From contig JBMFKQ010000001.1 of the NCBI GenBank assembly GCA_049972095.1, positions 19,319 through 83,318 of the forward strand: DNA of 64,000 nucleotides. The letters run 5' to 3'. This DNA is from Elusimicrobiales bacterium (GTDB lineage Bacteria > Elusimicrobiota > Elusimicrobia > Elusimicrobiales > UBA9959). The position numbers and the translations under genes were made by a program. This document shows positions 45,221 to 54,471 of this stretch, piece after piece. The number at the start of each line of letters is the position of its first letter. Positions within the stretch are counted from its first letter, which is position 1. The notes under the pieces are model-generated. The model made no database searches, had not been told where the DNA came from, and was given only the letters and a program-made list of their open reading frames with translations.

Positions 45221-45829
45221 TTAATTGCTAATTTTGAATACAAATCTACTTTTCCCAACATCAAACGAACTTCCGTTTTCAAGTGGGATTGAAATCTTGG
45301 GTTCTCTCATTCTGAATTTGATCACTGATGTGTTTATTGGGAAAAGCTCGTATGAATTTTCTCTGATTACAATTGCTGCGGAATAATCAGATATAGGAAG
45401 GAAGGGATTTTTTTCAAATGCTGGAATGTCAGCTTTTTGTGGATTTCCTATAAAGACAACAGGACTGTTTATCAAATATGTTTTTCTTACTCCTCCTTCG
45501 TATTCCGCTTCAATGAATGCTTTTTTTACCTCAAACATATATATGCTCAGCTTTATTTGAAAGTTTAAAAACTCCATTATATCTCCTGTTTCTAACTGAA
45601 CAAGTTCAGCCTTTATTCCATTAACATATATCAAACTTTTTTGATTTTCAAGTATATACATGTTTTTTCTCTTATTTATGATTCCAATTTCTTTTATTTT
45701 CTTTTCATTGTTTTCATCTTCGACAAAGGATATTGAGTTTTCATCAGCTGTTATATATATTTTGTTTGAAGCTGTCATCAACTCTGTTATCTTTTTCCCA
45801 TGTAAGAAGCATTCAAACCTTATAGTCAT
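45221..45829 (-). CDS. hypothetical protein with two degenerate FHA-like repeats
   Basis: 202 aa. Two ~90-aa halves each end in an FHA-like pattern: YVNGIKAELVQLETGDIMEFLNFQIKL, and VFIGNPQKADI...SDYSAAIVI...LENGSSFDVGKSRFVFKI. The canonical Arg/Ser/His phosphothreonine-binding residues are not conserved. Confidence 0.4.
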   Translation of the reverse strand: MTIRFECFLHGKKITELMTASNKIYITADENSISFVEDENNEKKIKEIGIINKRKNMYILENQKSLIYVNGIKAELVQLETGDIMEFLNFQIKLSIYMFEVKKAFIEAEYEGGVRKTYLINSPVVFIGNPQKADIPAFEKNPFLPISDYSAAIVIRENSYELFPINTSVIKFRMREPKISIPLENGSSFDVGKSRFVFKISN

Positions 45830-45840
45830 TTCAGTAAATC

Positions 45841-46590
45841 TTAACTAACTCTTATAAGTATTAATGTTATATTGTCTTCTCCACCCATCTGATTTGCCAT
45901 TTCAACAAGCCTTTCCGCAGCTTTTTTAAGATCATTAATCTTTGTTATGGTATTTAAAATCTCTCTGTCAGTTAGCATTCTTGTAAGCCCATCCGTTGAA
46001 AGGAGTATAATGTCTTGAGTAAATATTTTCTCTTCCTTTATAAAATAAGAATTATCCCTTTTAGTTCCAAGGGCTTTGGTCAGGATGTTTTTAAAGGGTG
46101 ATTTTTCTGCCTCTTCAAGCGTTATATTACCTAATCTATACTGCTCCATTACAAATGAATCGTCATCAGTTATTTGCACTATCTCTTTTCCTCTTATAAG
46201 GTATGCCCTTGAGTCACCTATATGAACAAAAGAGGCTAAAGAGCCATTCACAAAAACTGATGTCAGGGTTGTTCCCATTCCTTTTATATCACTTGTTTGA
46301 GCTTTTGTGAATATCTGTGCATTTGCATAATTAACAGCAGAAAGAAGTAAGGATGTTTCTTTTGTATAGTTTTTTGCAATTATCTCAGGTTTTAGATTTT
46401 CTTTTAGATAGTATATAAGGCGCTCGTATGTTATGTTTACTGCCATTTTACTTGCTATCTCACCACCTTTGTGCCCTCCCATTCCGTCAGCTACCGCAGC
46501 AAAGTTTATTGAATCGTCAATTATATATGAATCCTCATTTTTCTCTCTTACAAGCCCTTTATCTGTCATTCCAAAATACTCAAAGGTCAT
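45841..46590 (-). CDS. PP2C-family Ser/Thr protein phosphatase (Stp/PrpC-like)
   Basis: REKNEDS, VADGMGGHKGGE, GDSRAYL, LLSTDGLT and GGEDNITLIL motifs. Confidence 0.92.
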   Translation of the reverse strand: MTFEYFGMTDKGLVREKNEDSYIIDDSINFAAVADGMGGHKGGEIASKMAVNITYERLIYYLKENLKPEIIAKNYTKETSLLLSAVNYANAQIFTKAQTSDIKGMGTTLTSVFVNGSLASFVHIGDSRAYLIRGKEIVQITDDDSFVMEQYRLGNITLEEAEKSPFKNILTKALGTKRDNSYFIKEEKIFTQDIILLSTDGLTRMLTDREILNTITKINDLKKAAERLVEMANQMGGEDNITLILIRVS

Positions 46591-48625
46591 TGGTTTTTAC
46601 CTCATAGATAAGTCTTATAGTTGCTGATATATTGAGTAGTAAGAATGCTGCTATATATATCATAAAAAAAGATCTGCCAAGCATATCTATAAAGTTTTTT
46701 ATGAGCATTGAATTATATTCTTTGGAAATCTTGCGTTTTATATTATCTTTCTGTGGGATTTCAAGCCCAGAGGTTCTTTTTTTAAACTCGTCGTCTATTC
46801 TCTTTTTTACCTCCTCATTTATTTTTTTATCAATATCCATTTCATTTATATTATCCTCCACCATACCTAAATAAATCTTTTGCTTGACTTCACTTTCTAT
46901 CTTGGAAATCTCTTGTTTAACTGCCATTTCTATCTCCCTTATTTTCATCTCGTAGTTCTTCATTTCCTCAGTATAAACTTTATCTAACTGGATTGATATG
47001 TATTGGTACTTTGACATACTTATTGCAAGTATATTTACAGCTATAAATAGAATAAGACTAAGATTTAGTCGGGATATAAGTATCAGAAAGGTAAATAGGA
47101 GAGTAGCTATTTTTATTATTGTGATGTATGATTCTATCATATTCATCTGAAGAACTGAAGATACTGAGAGAGATGAGACGAGAGAAAGGGTAAAAAATAG
47201 AAGTGCAAATATTATTTTCTTTATAATTGTCTGTTTTATTTTTTTGTGAAGTGAGTGAAGTGTGGTTATCGTTAAGAAAGAAGCAATTATATAAAACGCT
47301 GGGTTTGTTTCAAGTGTTGAAAAAAATTTAAAAAAGCAGTGTGAAGGTGAGTTAAAGATTGTGCTTTTTGCAAATCCATAGGCAGATAGTGTTATTAATA
47401 GAAAGTATATCAGATACTCTGTTAGTTTACCAAAGGTTTTTCTCAAAGCCTCTGTCATAGCTATAAGTGAAAGGAAAAAAAGTAGGATATAAAAAACTTG
47501 AAATTTGCCTGAAATATATGCAGAAGTTATCAATAAAGCTCCTGCTAAAAAAATAAAAAATGAGTGTAATATTAGTCTTGATAATATAAATATTTTTTTA
47601 TTTTGAAATTTAGATTTAATTGGAGATTCTTTTTCCTCTTCGTCTTCTTTCTTTTCATAAATAGAAGAGTAGGTTGAGGTTATTTTTTTATCTTTATCAG
47701 GTTGTTGTTTTTTTTCTGTGGTTTGCGTAGTTTTAATCTTATCTTCTACACCCTCTAAAACAATTTCCTCAGTCTCTGGAAGTATATTCTTATATCCCAT
47801 TGCTTTGTGTTTTTCAAGCTCTGCTATAACCTCAGTTGCACTCTGATACCTTTCCTCGGGTTTTTTCTTCATAAGCTTTTCTATCATTCTCACAGTCCAT
47901 ATTGGAAGATCAGGTTTTATCATATAAAGATTTGGTAAAGATGAGTTAATATGCTTGCTTATTACCTCTATTGTACTATTACCTTCAAATGGATATTTTC
48001 CTGTCAGTATGTAAAAATAAGTTGCACCAGCTGAGTACAGATCGCTTCTTGCATCAACTTTGTTCCCAAGCCCCTGTTCAGGGGACATAAAATATGCTGT
48101 TCCTATCATCTCTCCTGTTACTGTAAGACTTTTTTCTTCAATAATCCTTCTTGCAAGACCAAAATCTATTATTCTTGGAACTCCCTCTTTGGTGATTATT
48201 ATGTTTGATGGTTTTATATCTCTGTGTATTACCGTCTTTGAATGAGCATGTTCAAGCCCTTTCATAACCCCCAACATTATTTCGGATGCCTCATCAACAC
48301 TTAGGTATCCTTTCTCCTTTACTATTACCTCAAGACTTTTGCCTTCAACATATGACATAACTATATAATATCTATCTCTTTCCCTACCATAGTCATATAC
48401 ATGAACTGTATTTGGATGATCAAGCTGTTTTGATATCTCAGCCTCTCTTAAGAAAAAATCTATGTTTCTTTTATCAGCCTCAAGCTCTTTTGGAAGTAGT
48501 TTTATGCAAACAATTTTATTCAGTTTTATATGATGTGCCTTATAAACAACACCCATTCCACCTTGTCCTATTTTTTCAAGAACAAGGCAGCCCGCAAAGG
48601 TTTTTCGTATTAAATCATCAGTCAT
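46580..48625 (-). CDS. Hanks-type Ser/Thr protein kinase with long polytopic C-terminal membrane region
   Basis: GQGGMGVVYKA, catalytic-loop HRDIKPSNIII, DFGLAR and GTAYFMSPEQ. After ~aa 340 there are about eight hydrophobic helices, a coiled-coil segment and a final TM helix. Confidence 0.92.
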   Translation of the reverse strand: MTDDLIRKTFAGCLVLEKIGQGGMGVVYKAHHIKLNKIVCIKLLPKELEADKRNIDFFLREAEISKQLDHPNTVHVYDYGRERDRYYIVMSYVEGKSLEVIVKEKGYLSVDEASEIMLGVMKGLEHAHSKTVIHRDIKPSNIIITKEGVPRIIDFGLARRIIEEKSLTVTGEMIGTAYFMSPEQGLGNKVDARSDLYSAGATYFYILTGKYPFEGNSTIEVISKHINSSLPNLYMIKPDLPIWTVRMIEKLMKKKPEERYQSATEVIAELEKHKAMGYKNILPETEEIVLEGVEDKIKTTQTTEKKQQPDKDKKITSTYSSIYEKKEDEEEKESPIKSKFQNKKIFILSRLILHSFFIFLAGALLITSAYISGKFQVFYILLFFLSLIAMTEALRKTFGKLTEYLIYFLLITLSAYGFAKSTIFNSPSHCFFKFFSTLETNPAFYIIASFLTITTLHSLHKKIKQTIIKKIIFALLFFTLSLVSSLSVSSVLQMNMIESYITIIKIATLLFTFLILISRLNLSLILFIAVNILAISMSKYQYISIQLDKVYTEEMKNYEMKIREIEMAVKQEISKIESEVKQKIYLGMVEDNINEMDIDKKINEEVKKRIDDEFKKRTSGLEIPQKDNIKRKISKEYNSMLIKNFIDMLGRSFFMIYIAAFLLLNISATIRLIYEVKTNDL

Positions 48626-49565
48626 TTATTCTTCTGTCTCTGTGATAAGTACTTGATTGTGAGTATGCTCTTGATTTTAAGTACTTCTTTATCTCAAAAA
48701 TTTTTTCTATCAGTTTTGCATAGTGGATAGTTTTCCTTACATCAACTATTGCAACTGAAAGCCTCATTATTGGAAAGCGTATTATATTGTTCATACGATC
48801 TGCTACAGTTATATACCCATTTTTTCTATCCTTCTCTGAATAAAAGTTTAATATCTCTTTATCAAACCTCTTTATTATCTCATCAACTGTTTCTATTATT
48901 TTATCGCAGGGTGTTATTATAACAAAATCATCTCCTCCTATGTGACCTATAAAATATTCAAATCTCGCATTTTTAAAACTCTGCATTATTATTTTAGCAA
49001 GGAATTTTATTACATCATCGCCCTTTGTGTATCCATAAGCATCATTGTAGGCTTTAAAACCGTCTATATCTATATAGGCATATGAAAAATGTTGTTTAGA
49101 TTCAATCTTCTTTTTTGTATACTCCTCTATCAGTGGGGTGCCAGGAAGTTTGGTAAGAGGATTTAATGATGAATCCCTTTCCTTTCTTTTAAGCAGTCTA
49201 TTTATTCTTACCTTAAGCTCTCTTACATCAAATGGTTTGTTTATGTAATCATCAGCTCCAGTTTCTATCATTTTTATTTTTGAGCCAATCTCATCCACAC
49301 CTGTTATAACTATTATAGGGATTGAGGTGGTTAGTGGATTTTCTCTTATTTTTTTGCATATCTCATAACCATCAATATCTGGAAGTTTGAGATCGAGAAG
49401 GATTAGATTTGGAAGAGGCTCTTTTGTTATCTGATCAAGAAAGTCTTTTCCTTTCAGAAATGTCAGAACATTATAATTAAGGTTTTTCAATATCACAGAA
49501 ACAAGCAAGCCAACACTTGGATCATCATCAATAACCACAACTGTTTTGTTTGAATTATCTTGCAA
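48618..49565 (-). CDS. response regulator: receiver domain + non-canonical GGDEF-fold (GGDDF) nucleotide cyclase-like domain
   Basis: Rec domain: VVIDDD, LLDLKLPDIDG, VITG, INKPF. Output domain: NPLTKLPG, YIDIDGFKAYNDAYGYTKGD, HIGGDDFVII, LSVAIV. TTG start 3 nt after GAGGAGGG. Confidence 0.8.
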   Translation of the reverse strand: MQDNSNKTVVVIDDDPSVGLLVSVILKNLNYNVLTFLKGKDFLDQITKEPLPNLILLDLKLPDIDGYEICKKIRENPLTTSIPIIVITGVDEIGSKIKMIETGADDYINKPFDVRELKVRINRLLKRKERDSSLNPLTKLPGTPLIEEYTKKKIESKQHFSYAYIDIDGFKAYNDAYGYTKGDDVIKFLAKIIMQSFKNARFEYFIGHIGGDDFVIITPCDKIIETVDEIIKRFDKEILNFYSEKDRKNGYITVADRMNNIIRFPIMRLSVAIVDVRKTIHYAKLIEKIFEIKKYLKSRAYSQSSTYHRDRRIND

Positions 49566-49661
49566 TATCCCTCCTCATCTATTCTTAACAAATCTGTTCA
49601 TTATCTTCTTCTCTAATTATTATATAAAAAAAATCCTATTAAAGAAGAAGGAGATTAACAG

Positions 49662-50504
49662 TCAAGATTTTTTTATTCTTGGATAGAATGGATATCTGAA
49701 GTTAAACATCCCGAGTATCTCATTTCCTGCTTTGTATGTTAAGTAAGATAGTTGAAAGTTGAGCTTTAGAAAGTTTGCAAGCTGAAGATTTATAAGTTTT
49801 GGAGAGAATGTTGAACCCTGAGGGATTATAACCTCAAAGCCAATTATATTCTTATCTTTAATTATTAAGAATGTGTTAAAAAATAAGGTTGAGTGGGTTA
49901 TTCTTCTTGGTTTTGAGTATGTGAGATCAGATGATCTTTCTGATAAAAACTCAGAAAGCATATAGACTGTTTTTGAGAAATCCCCTTCAGAATAGCCGGC
50001 ACTTAAAACATAATTCTTTGTGATGTATTTTGAGATGACAAAGTAAAGCGAAAGATTGTCCTGAGTATTTTTTGAGTCAACCTTAAATGATGCTGAAGGA
50101 CTTGAAAGATTTGGTTGAGGTGAATCCCTAAATAAAAAAGATGCCTTTGCACCTGATGCAAATGCAGGGATATATTTCCTTTCCTTTTGAATAAGTAATT
50201 TCCCATCCATCTCAAGATACCACAGACCTATTTTGTCAAGATAGTTTTTTTTATCAACTGTCCAGTTAAATGTGTTTTTGCCATAGAGCCTTCCAATATA
50301 ATAAGCTGCGTTTATATCAAGTGAGCTGCCGATCTCGTTAAGTCCATATGTTCTGTATGCTGTTGGGGTTATTACCAATCCACTGACAGGTGTTTTTTTG
50401 AGTTCAGATTCATCATTGCCTAAATTTTGAGTTATCAAAGTGCTTGGCTGTTGAGAGAAAAGTGAAGATTGTAAGATAATTGCCACAAGTGCTATTTTTA
50501 TCAC
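49662..50504 (-). CDS. hypothetical secreted protein, probable outer-membrane beta-barrel
   Basis: 280 aa. Signal-like MIKIALVAIILQSSLFSQQ. Alternating aromatic/polar strands. No family recognised. Confidence 0.35.
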   Translation of the reverse strand: MIKIALVAIILQSSLFSQQPSTLITQNLGNDESELKKTPVSGLVITPTAYRTYGLNEIGSSLDINAAYYIGRLYGKNTFNWTVDKKNYLDKIGLWYLEMDGKLLIQKERKYIPAFASGAKASFLFRDSPQPNLSSPSASFKVDSKNTQDNLSLYFVISKYITKNYVLSAGYSEGDFSKTVYMLSEFLSERSSDLTYSKPRRITHSTLFFNTFLIIKDKNIIGFEVIIPQGSTFSPKLINLQLANFLKLNFQLSYLTYKAGNEILGMFNFRYPFYPRIKKS

Positions 50505-50511
50505 ATTAAGA

Positions 50512-50997
50512 TTATAGCATTTTTATTAGATGTAATGCCAGGATAATAACCCCTGCATAGGTGGCTGCTATAATATCATCAAAAACTATCGCAAGCCCTT
50601 TCATCTTTATTTTCTCGACTCTTTTTATCGGGAAGGGCTTGATTGTGTCAAAGATTCTAAAAAAAATAAAAAGAATTACTGCATTAAAGATATCTTTGGC
50701 TATGAAAAAAAAACCGAAAAAATATCCGCATATCTCATCTATAACAATAAGAGGGTTGTCCTTCTCTTTTTCTTTTGAAAATGCATTTTCACTTATCCAT
50801 ATTGAGAATAATAGGAAGGATATTATAAAAATAACTCTTTTTGCATACCTTTCAGGTATAAGATAAGGATATAGCACAAACGCAAGCAAACTTCCCATAA
50901 AACCACATCCCTTAAACCTTCCCTTTTTTTTGAATATGAAAACAGGCAGATAGCTTATAAAAAAACCGCTTGCTATAAAGTTAATTATTTTTTCCAC
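50512..50997 (-). CDS. pgpA: phosphatidylglycerophosphatase A
   Basis: VIDEICGYFF, FFRIFDTIKPFPI and IVFDDIIAATYAG are typical PgpA motifs. Confidence 0.8.
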   Translation of the reverse strand: MEKIINFIASGFFISYLPVFIFKKKGRFKGCGFMGSLLAFVLYPYLIPERYAKRVIFIISFLLFSIWISENAFSKEKEKDNPLIVIDEICGYFFGFFFIAKDIFNAVILFIFFRIFDTIKPFPIKRVEKIKMKGLAIVFDDIIAATYAGVIILALHLIKML

Positions 50998-51575
50998 TGT
51001 TTTTGTATCATCCTGTAATGATTTGATATGTAAAACACCCCGCTTACAACCGTTATAAAGGATGATATAACCACAAGATATGAGGGTAGATTTTTAAATT
51101 TTTGCACAATAAATGCAATCTCCAAGTTTCTATCAGACAGGGACAGCATTATGAGATATATCATTATCAGGTATATTGATATGAACTGAATAAGTGTTTT
51201 AAATTTTCCTGATTTTTCTGCAGAGAGCACATAATTGTCAAGGGCTGCGAGAACTCTTAGGGATGCAACGCTCAACTCTCTTAGTATTATAAGAAATATT
51301 GCAAACATTGGTATGTTTAATTCCTTTACATCAGCAAATGCGAGGTAACATGAAAAAACTATTATCTTGTCGGCGTATGGATCTATTATCGCTCCAAATC
51401 TTGTTATTGTATTGGTTTCTCTTGCTATTTTACCGTCGATATAATCTGATAGCGTGGATATAAAAAGAACAATAAAAGCTAAGATGAGAGATGTTGTTGA
51501 GGTTTTATCTATAAGAAAATACAGCACAACTCCAAGAATTGTTCTTGTGAGGGTTATCTTATTAGCAAGTGTCAT
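50985..51575 (-). CDS. pgsA: CDP-diacylglycerol--glycerol-3-phosphate 3-phosphatidyltransferase
   Basis: CDP-alcohol phosphatidyltransferase motif DYIDGKIAR-x8-G-x3-DPYADK. Confidence 0.88.
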   Translation of the reverse strand: MTLANKITLTRTILGVVLYFLIDKTSTTSLILAFIVLFISTLSDYIDGKIARETNTITRFGAIIDPYADKIIVFSCYLAFADVKELNIPMFAIFLIILRELSVASLRVLAALDNYVLSAEKSGKFKTLIQFISIYLIMIYLIMLSLSDRNLEIAFIVQKFKNLPSYLVVISSFITVVSGVFYISNHYRMIQKQWKK

Positions 51576-52216
51576 AGTGAAAGTGTTTCAAAGCCATCTT
51601 TGTTCTTGTACTTGAATTCTCCATCACTTATATTATCATTTATCTTCACATTGTTGAAGACTGTTGATATAGATGTATCACCCATATCAAGTTCAGTTCT
51701 TAAAGGAGTGTTACTTTTCGAGAAAACTATTTTCAATATGTAAGTGTTTTTCTTTGACCTTATTATTATAACCTTTAAATCATTTTCTTTGTATATTTCT
51801 ATATCTTCCTTAGAGGCAACTTCCCGGTATCTGCCAAGTTCAAGAAGTCCTTTTATTCTTGGTTCAAGACTGTTTTTCCACTTCTCCCAATGTGTTTTTA
51901 TTATCTGTTTATCCTTTGGTTTTACTATTGTGAGCTCCTTTTCATTCCTAATAATTATTATTTGATCCTGTGGCTTTGTGTGTATTATTTTAAGATTACC
52001 TGGCTTTGAAAAAAAAATTTTCCCCTCAACATTCTGCTTTATTTCAGCTGTTTTAAAGAATATTTCTTGTGTGAAATCCGCTGTAAGGGTTTTTATGCTT
52101 TCATCTATCTTTTTTATTTCTTCTAAGGGGTTGTTAACGATTTCTGCATCCTTTATAACATTTTCGCTACTGAAGCTTTGAAGAACAAATATTGCTATGA
52201 TAAAAACAAACCTCAT
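51572..52216 (-). CDS. LolA-like outer-membrane lipoprotein carrier protein
   Basis: Signal peptide, then L.ADFTQE........G.IFFSKPGNLKI....P.DQIII..... which matches the LolA pattern. Confidence 0.65.
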   Translation of the reverse strand: MRFVFIIAIFVLQSFSSENVIKDAEIVNNPLEEIKKIDESIKTLTADFTQEIFFKTAEIKQNVEGKIFFSKPGNLKIIHTKPQDQIIIIRNEKELTIVKPKDKQIIKTHWEKWKNSLEPRIKGLLELGRYREVASKEDIEIYKENDLKVIIIRSKKNTYILKIVFSKSNTPLRTELDMGDTSISTVFNNVKINDNISDGEFKYKNKDGFETLSL

Positions 52217-54471
52217 ACATCCTCCTTTCTACTTTCAGCTGATTGTAGATATGATTCTATTTTATCAAAATATATCTGCCATCTGTTCGTGCCTTCTGGC
52301 TTATATATAAAACCTTTTATCTCAAGAAGGCTTAGGATATTTGTGGCTCTTGCTGATGAACCAAAGTGTGCTTTTAAAAGATCTTGAGAGACTCTTTTTC
52401 TTTCAAGTACAAGTTTGAGTGCTCTTATGAGATCCTCATTACTTGAACCCTTTCCATCAAGCTCTGATTGCTCCTCATCAAGATAGACTGGATAATCTGG
52501 TTTACCCTGTTGTGATATGAATCTCACAACTCTTTCTATCTCCTCTTCGCTGACATAGCATCCTTGTATTCTATCCGGCTTGCTTTTGTGTGGTGCAAGA
52601 AATAACAAATCTCCCTTTCCTATTAAACTTTCCGCCCCAGGCATATCTATTATAACCCTTGAGTCAACCTTTGAGCTTACCTGAAGTGCAACCCTTGTAG
52701 GAAGATTTGCCTTTATAACTCCAGTTATAACATCAACAGAAGGTCTTTGTGTGGCAATGACAATATGTATTCCCACTGCCCTTGCCATCTGCGTTAACCT
52801 CTGTATTGATTCCTCAACCATATTTTTTGTCTGAAGCATAAGATCTGCAAGCTCATCTATCACAACAATTATATAAAACTCCTCTGGTTGTTTGTTTGCT
52901 TTTGCCCATTTATTGTATGACTGTATGTTTTTAACCTTTGCTTTTTCAAATTTTTTGTATCTACTTTCCATAACCTTTGTGAGTGCCATAAGGGATTTTG
53001 CCGCCTCTTTTGGATCCGTTATCACACAAAGATTATCCGGTGTTGTTTTTGGATCATAAAGGTAAGGTATCGATTCATATGAGGTTAGTTCAAGCCTTTT
53101 TGGGTCTATTAAAAGAAATTTAACCTCATCAGGAGTATTGCGGTATATTATCGAGATTATGAGTGATTGAAGAAAAACGCTTTTACCACTTCCCGTAGCA
53201 CCTGCAATAAGAAGATGTGGCATCTCCTCAAGGTTAGCTATTGCTATTGAGCCGTCAGAGTATCTTCCAACAGCAAATGTTAGTTTATTGTTTGAGGCAT
53301 TGAACTCTGGGCTTTCTATAACCTCTCTAAGGGTTATAATGTTCCTTTTGAGATTTGGTATTTCAAAACCTATTGCTGATTTGCCGGGTATGGGGGCTAT
53401 AACCCTTATAGCCCCTGCTGATTTCATAGCAAGGGCGATGTCATTGGAAAGTGAGACTATTGAGCTTATCTTAACTCCTGGTGATGGAGTAACCTCATAG
53501 CGTGTTATAACCGGTCCAGGATATATGCCCGATATGTAGGCTGATATATTGAAGTTTTTTAGAGTTTCTTCAAGTTTGCTTTTTGCGGCTTCTATCTCAG
53601 CTTTTTGAGGAAGATACATATCCTTTACATTTCTGTTTAAAAGCTCTATTGGTGGAAGTTTGAAATTTTTAAACCTAAGAAATTCTATATTAGATTCTGT
53701 TTGATTATTAGTAATTTTTTTTCTATCCATTTCATCTTTCTGTGTTTTATTATTTTTTTGGGTTTTATCTATGCTTGTGAGTATCGGCTCTGAGGCAAGT
53801 TGTATAGTTTGGTGTGGTTCCATTTCTATTCTTTCAAATGTCTGATCTGGTTTTTGTTTGGTTTTTTTTATCAGCTCCTCTTCTTTTTTTACCTTTTCTA
53901 TTTTTGCACAAAGCTCTGCTCTTGCATGCTTCCACTCTTTCCAATCCTTTTTGATTATATAAGCTGTTTTTATGAAGATCTCTTTCCATCTTATCTCAAA
54001 TATTATGTTCAGTCCTATAACAAACATTGCAACTGAAAATATAACTCCACCAGTTGATCCAAAAAGTGTTCTCAAAATTGAGTCAGTGAAATAACCTAAC
54101 CAGCCGCCCTTAGCATTTTCAAGGATTTTCTGATAGTGTATGTATTCTGCTATTGCAGAGATTGATGTTATTGTTATGAAAGATCCTATAACTAAAGACA
54201 ATATTCCTTTATTCAGTTTTCCAAATTTTAGCAATATTCTTATGCTTCCATAAAAAAAGATAAAAGGAAAGAGGTATATACTATGACCAAATAACGAAAA
54301 TGCCCAATTAAAGATGAAATTTCCGACAACTCCCTTCTGCGTTGGATTTATTATTATCCAAAAAAGGTATATCGAAACTGAAATGAAAAAAATCCATAAG
54401 ATAACTGATATTGTTGGGTTATGTTTTTTTTTACTGTAAAGTTTTAGCATCTGAGGAAAGATTTTCTGCAA
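52213..54471 (-). CDS. ftsK: DNA translocase FtsK/SpoIIIE
   Basis: N-terminal TM helices, K/E linker, motor domain (Walker A GATGSGKS, VIDELADLM, ATQRPSVDVITG) and a C-terminal gamma wHTH (SARATNILSLLE..G). The start may be the downstream Met at 54450. Confidence 0.93.
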   Translation of the reverse strand: MQKIFPQMLKLYSKKKHNPTISVILWIFFISVSIYLFWIIINPTQKGVVGNFIFNWAFSLFGHSIYLFPFIFFYGSIRILLKFGKLNKGILSLVIGSFITITSISAIAEYIHYQKILENAKGGWLGYFTDSILRTLFGSTGGVIFSVAMFVIGLNIIFEIRWKEIFIKTAYIIKKDWKEWKHARAELCAKIEKVKKEEELIKKTKQKPDQTFERIEMEPHQTIQLASEPILTSIDKTQKNNKTQKDEMDRKKITNNQTESNIEFLRFKNFKLPPIELLNRNVKDMYLPQKAEIEAAKSKLEETLKNFNISAYISGIYPGPVITRYEVTPSPGVKISSIVSLSNDIALAMKSAGAIRVIAPIPGKSAIGFEIPNLKRNIITLREVIESPEFNASNNKLTFAVGRYSDGSIAIANLEEMPHLLIAGATGSGKSVFLQSLIISIIYRNTPDEVKFLLIDPKRLELTSYESIPYLYDPKTTPDNLCVITDPKEAAKSLMALTKVMESRYKKFEKAKVKNIQSYNKWAKANKQPEEFYIIVVIDELADLMLQTKNMVEESIQRLTQMARAVGIHIVIATQRPSVDVITGVIKANLPTRVALQVSSKVDSRVIIDMPGAESLIGKGDLLFLAPHKSKPDRIQGCYVSEEEIERVVRFISQQGKPDYPVYLDEEQSELDGKGSSNEDLIRALKLVLERKRVSQDLLKAHFGSSARATNILSLLEIKGFIYKPEGTNRWQIYFDKIESYLQSAESRKEDV

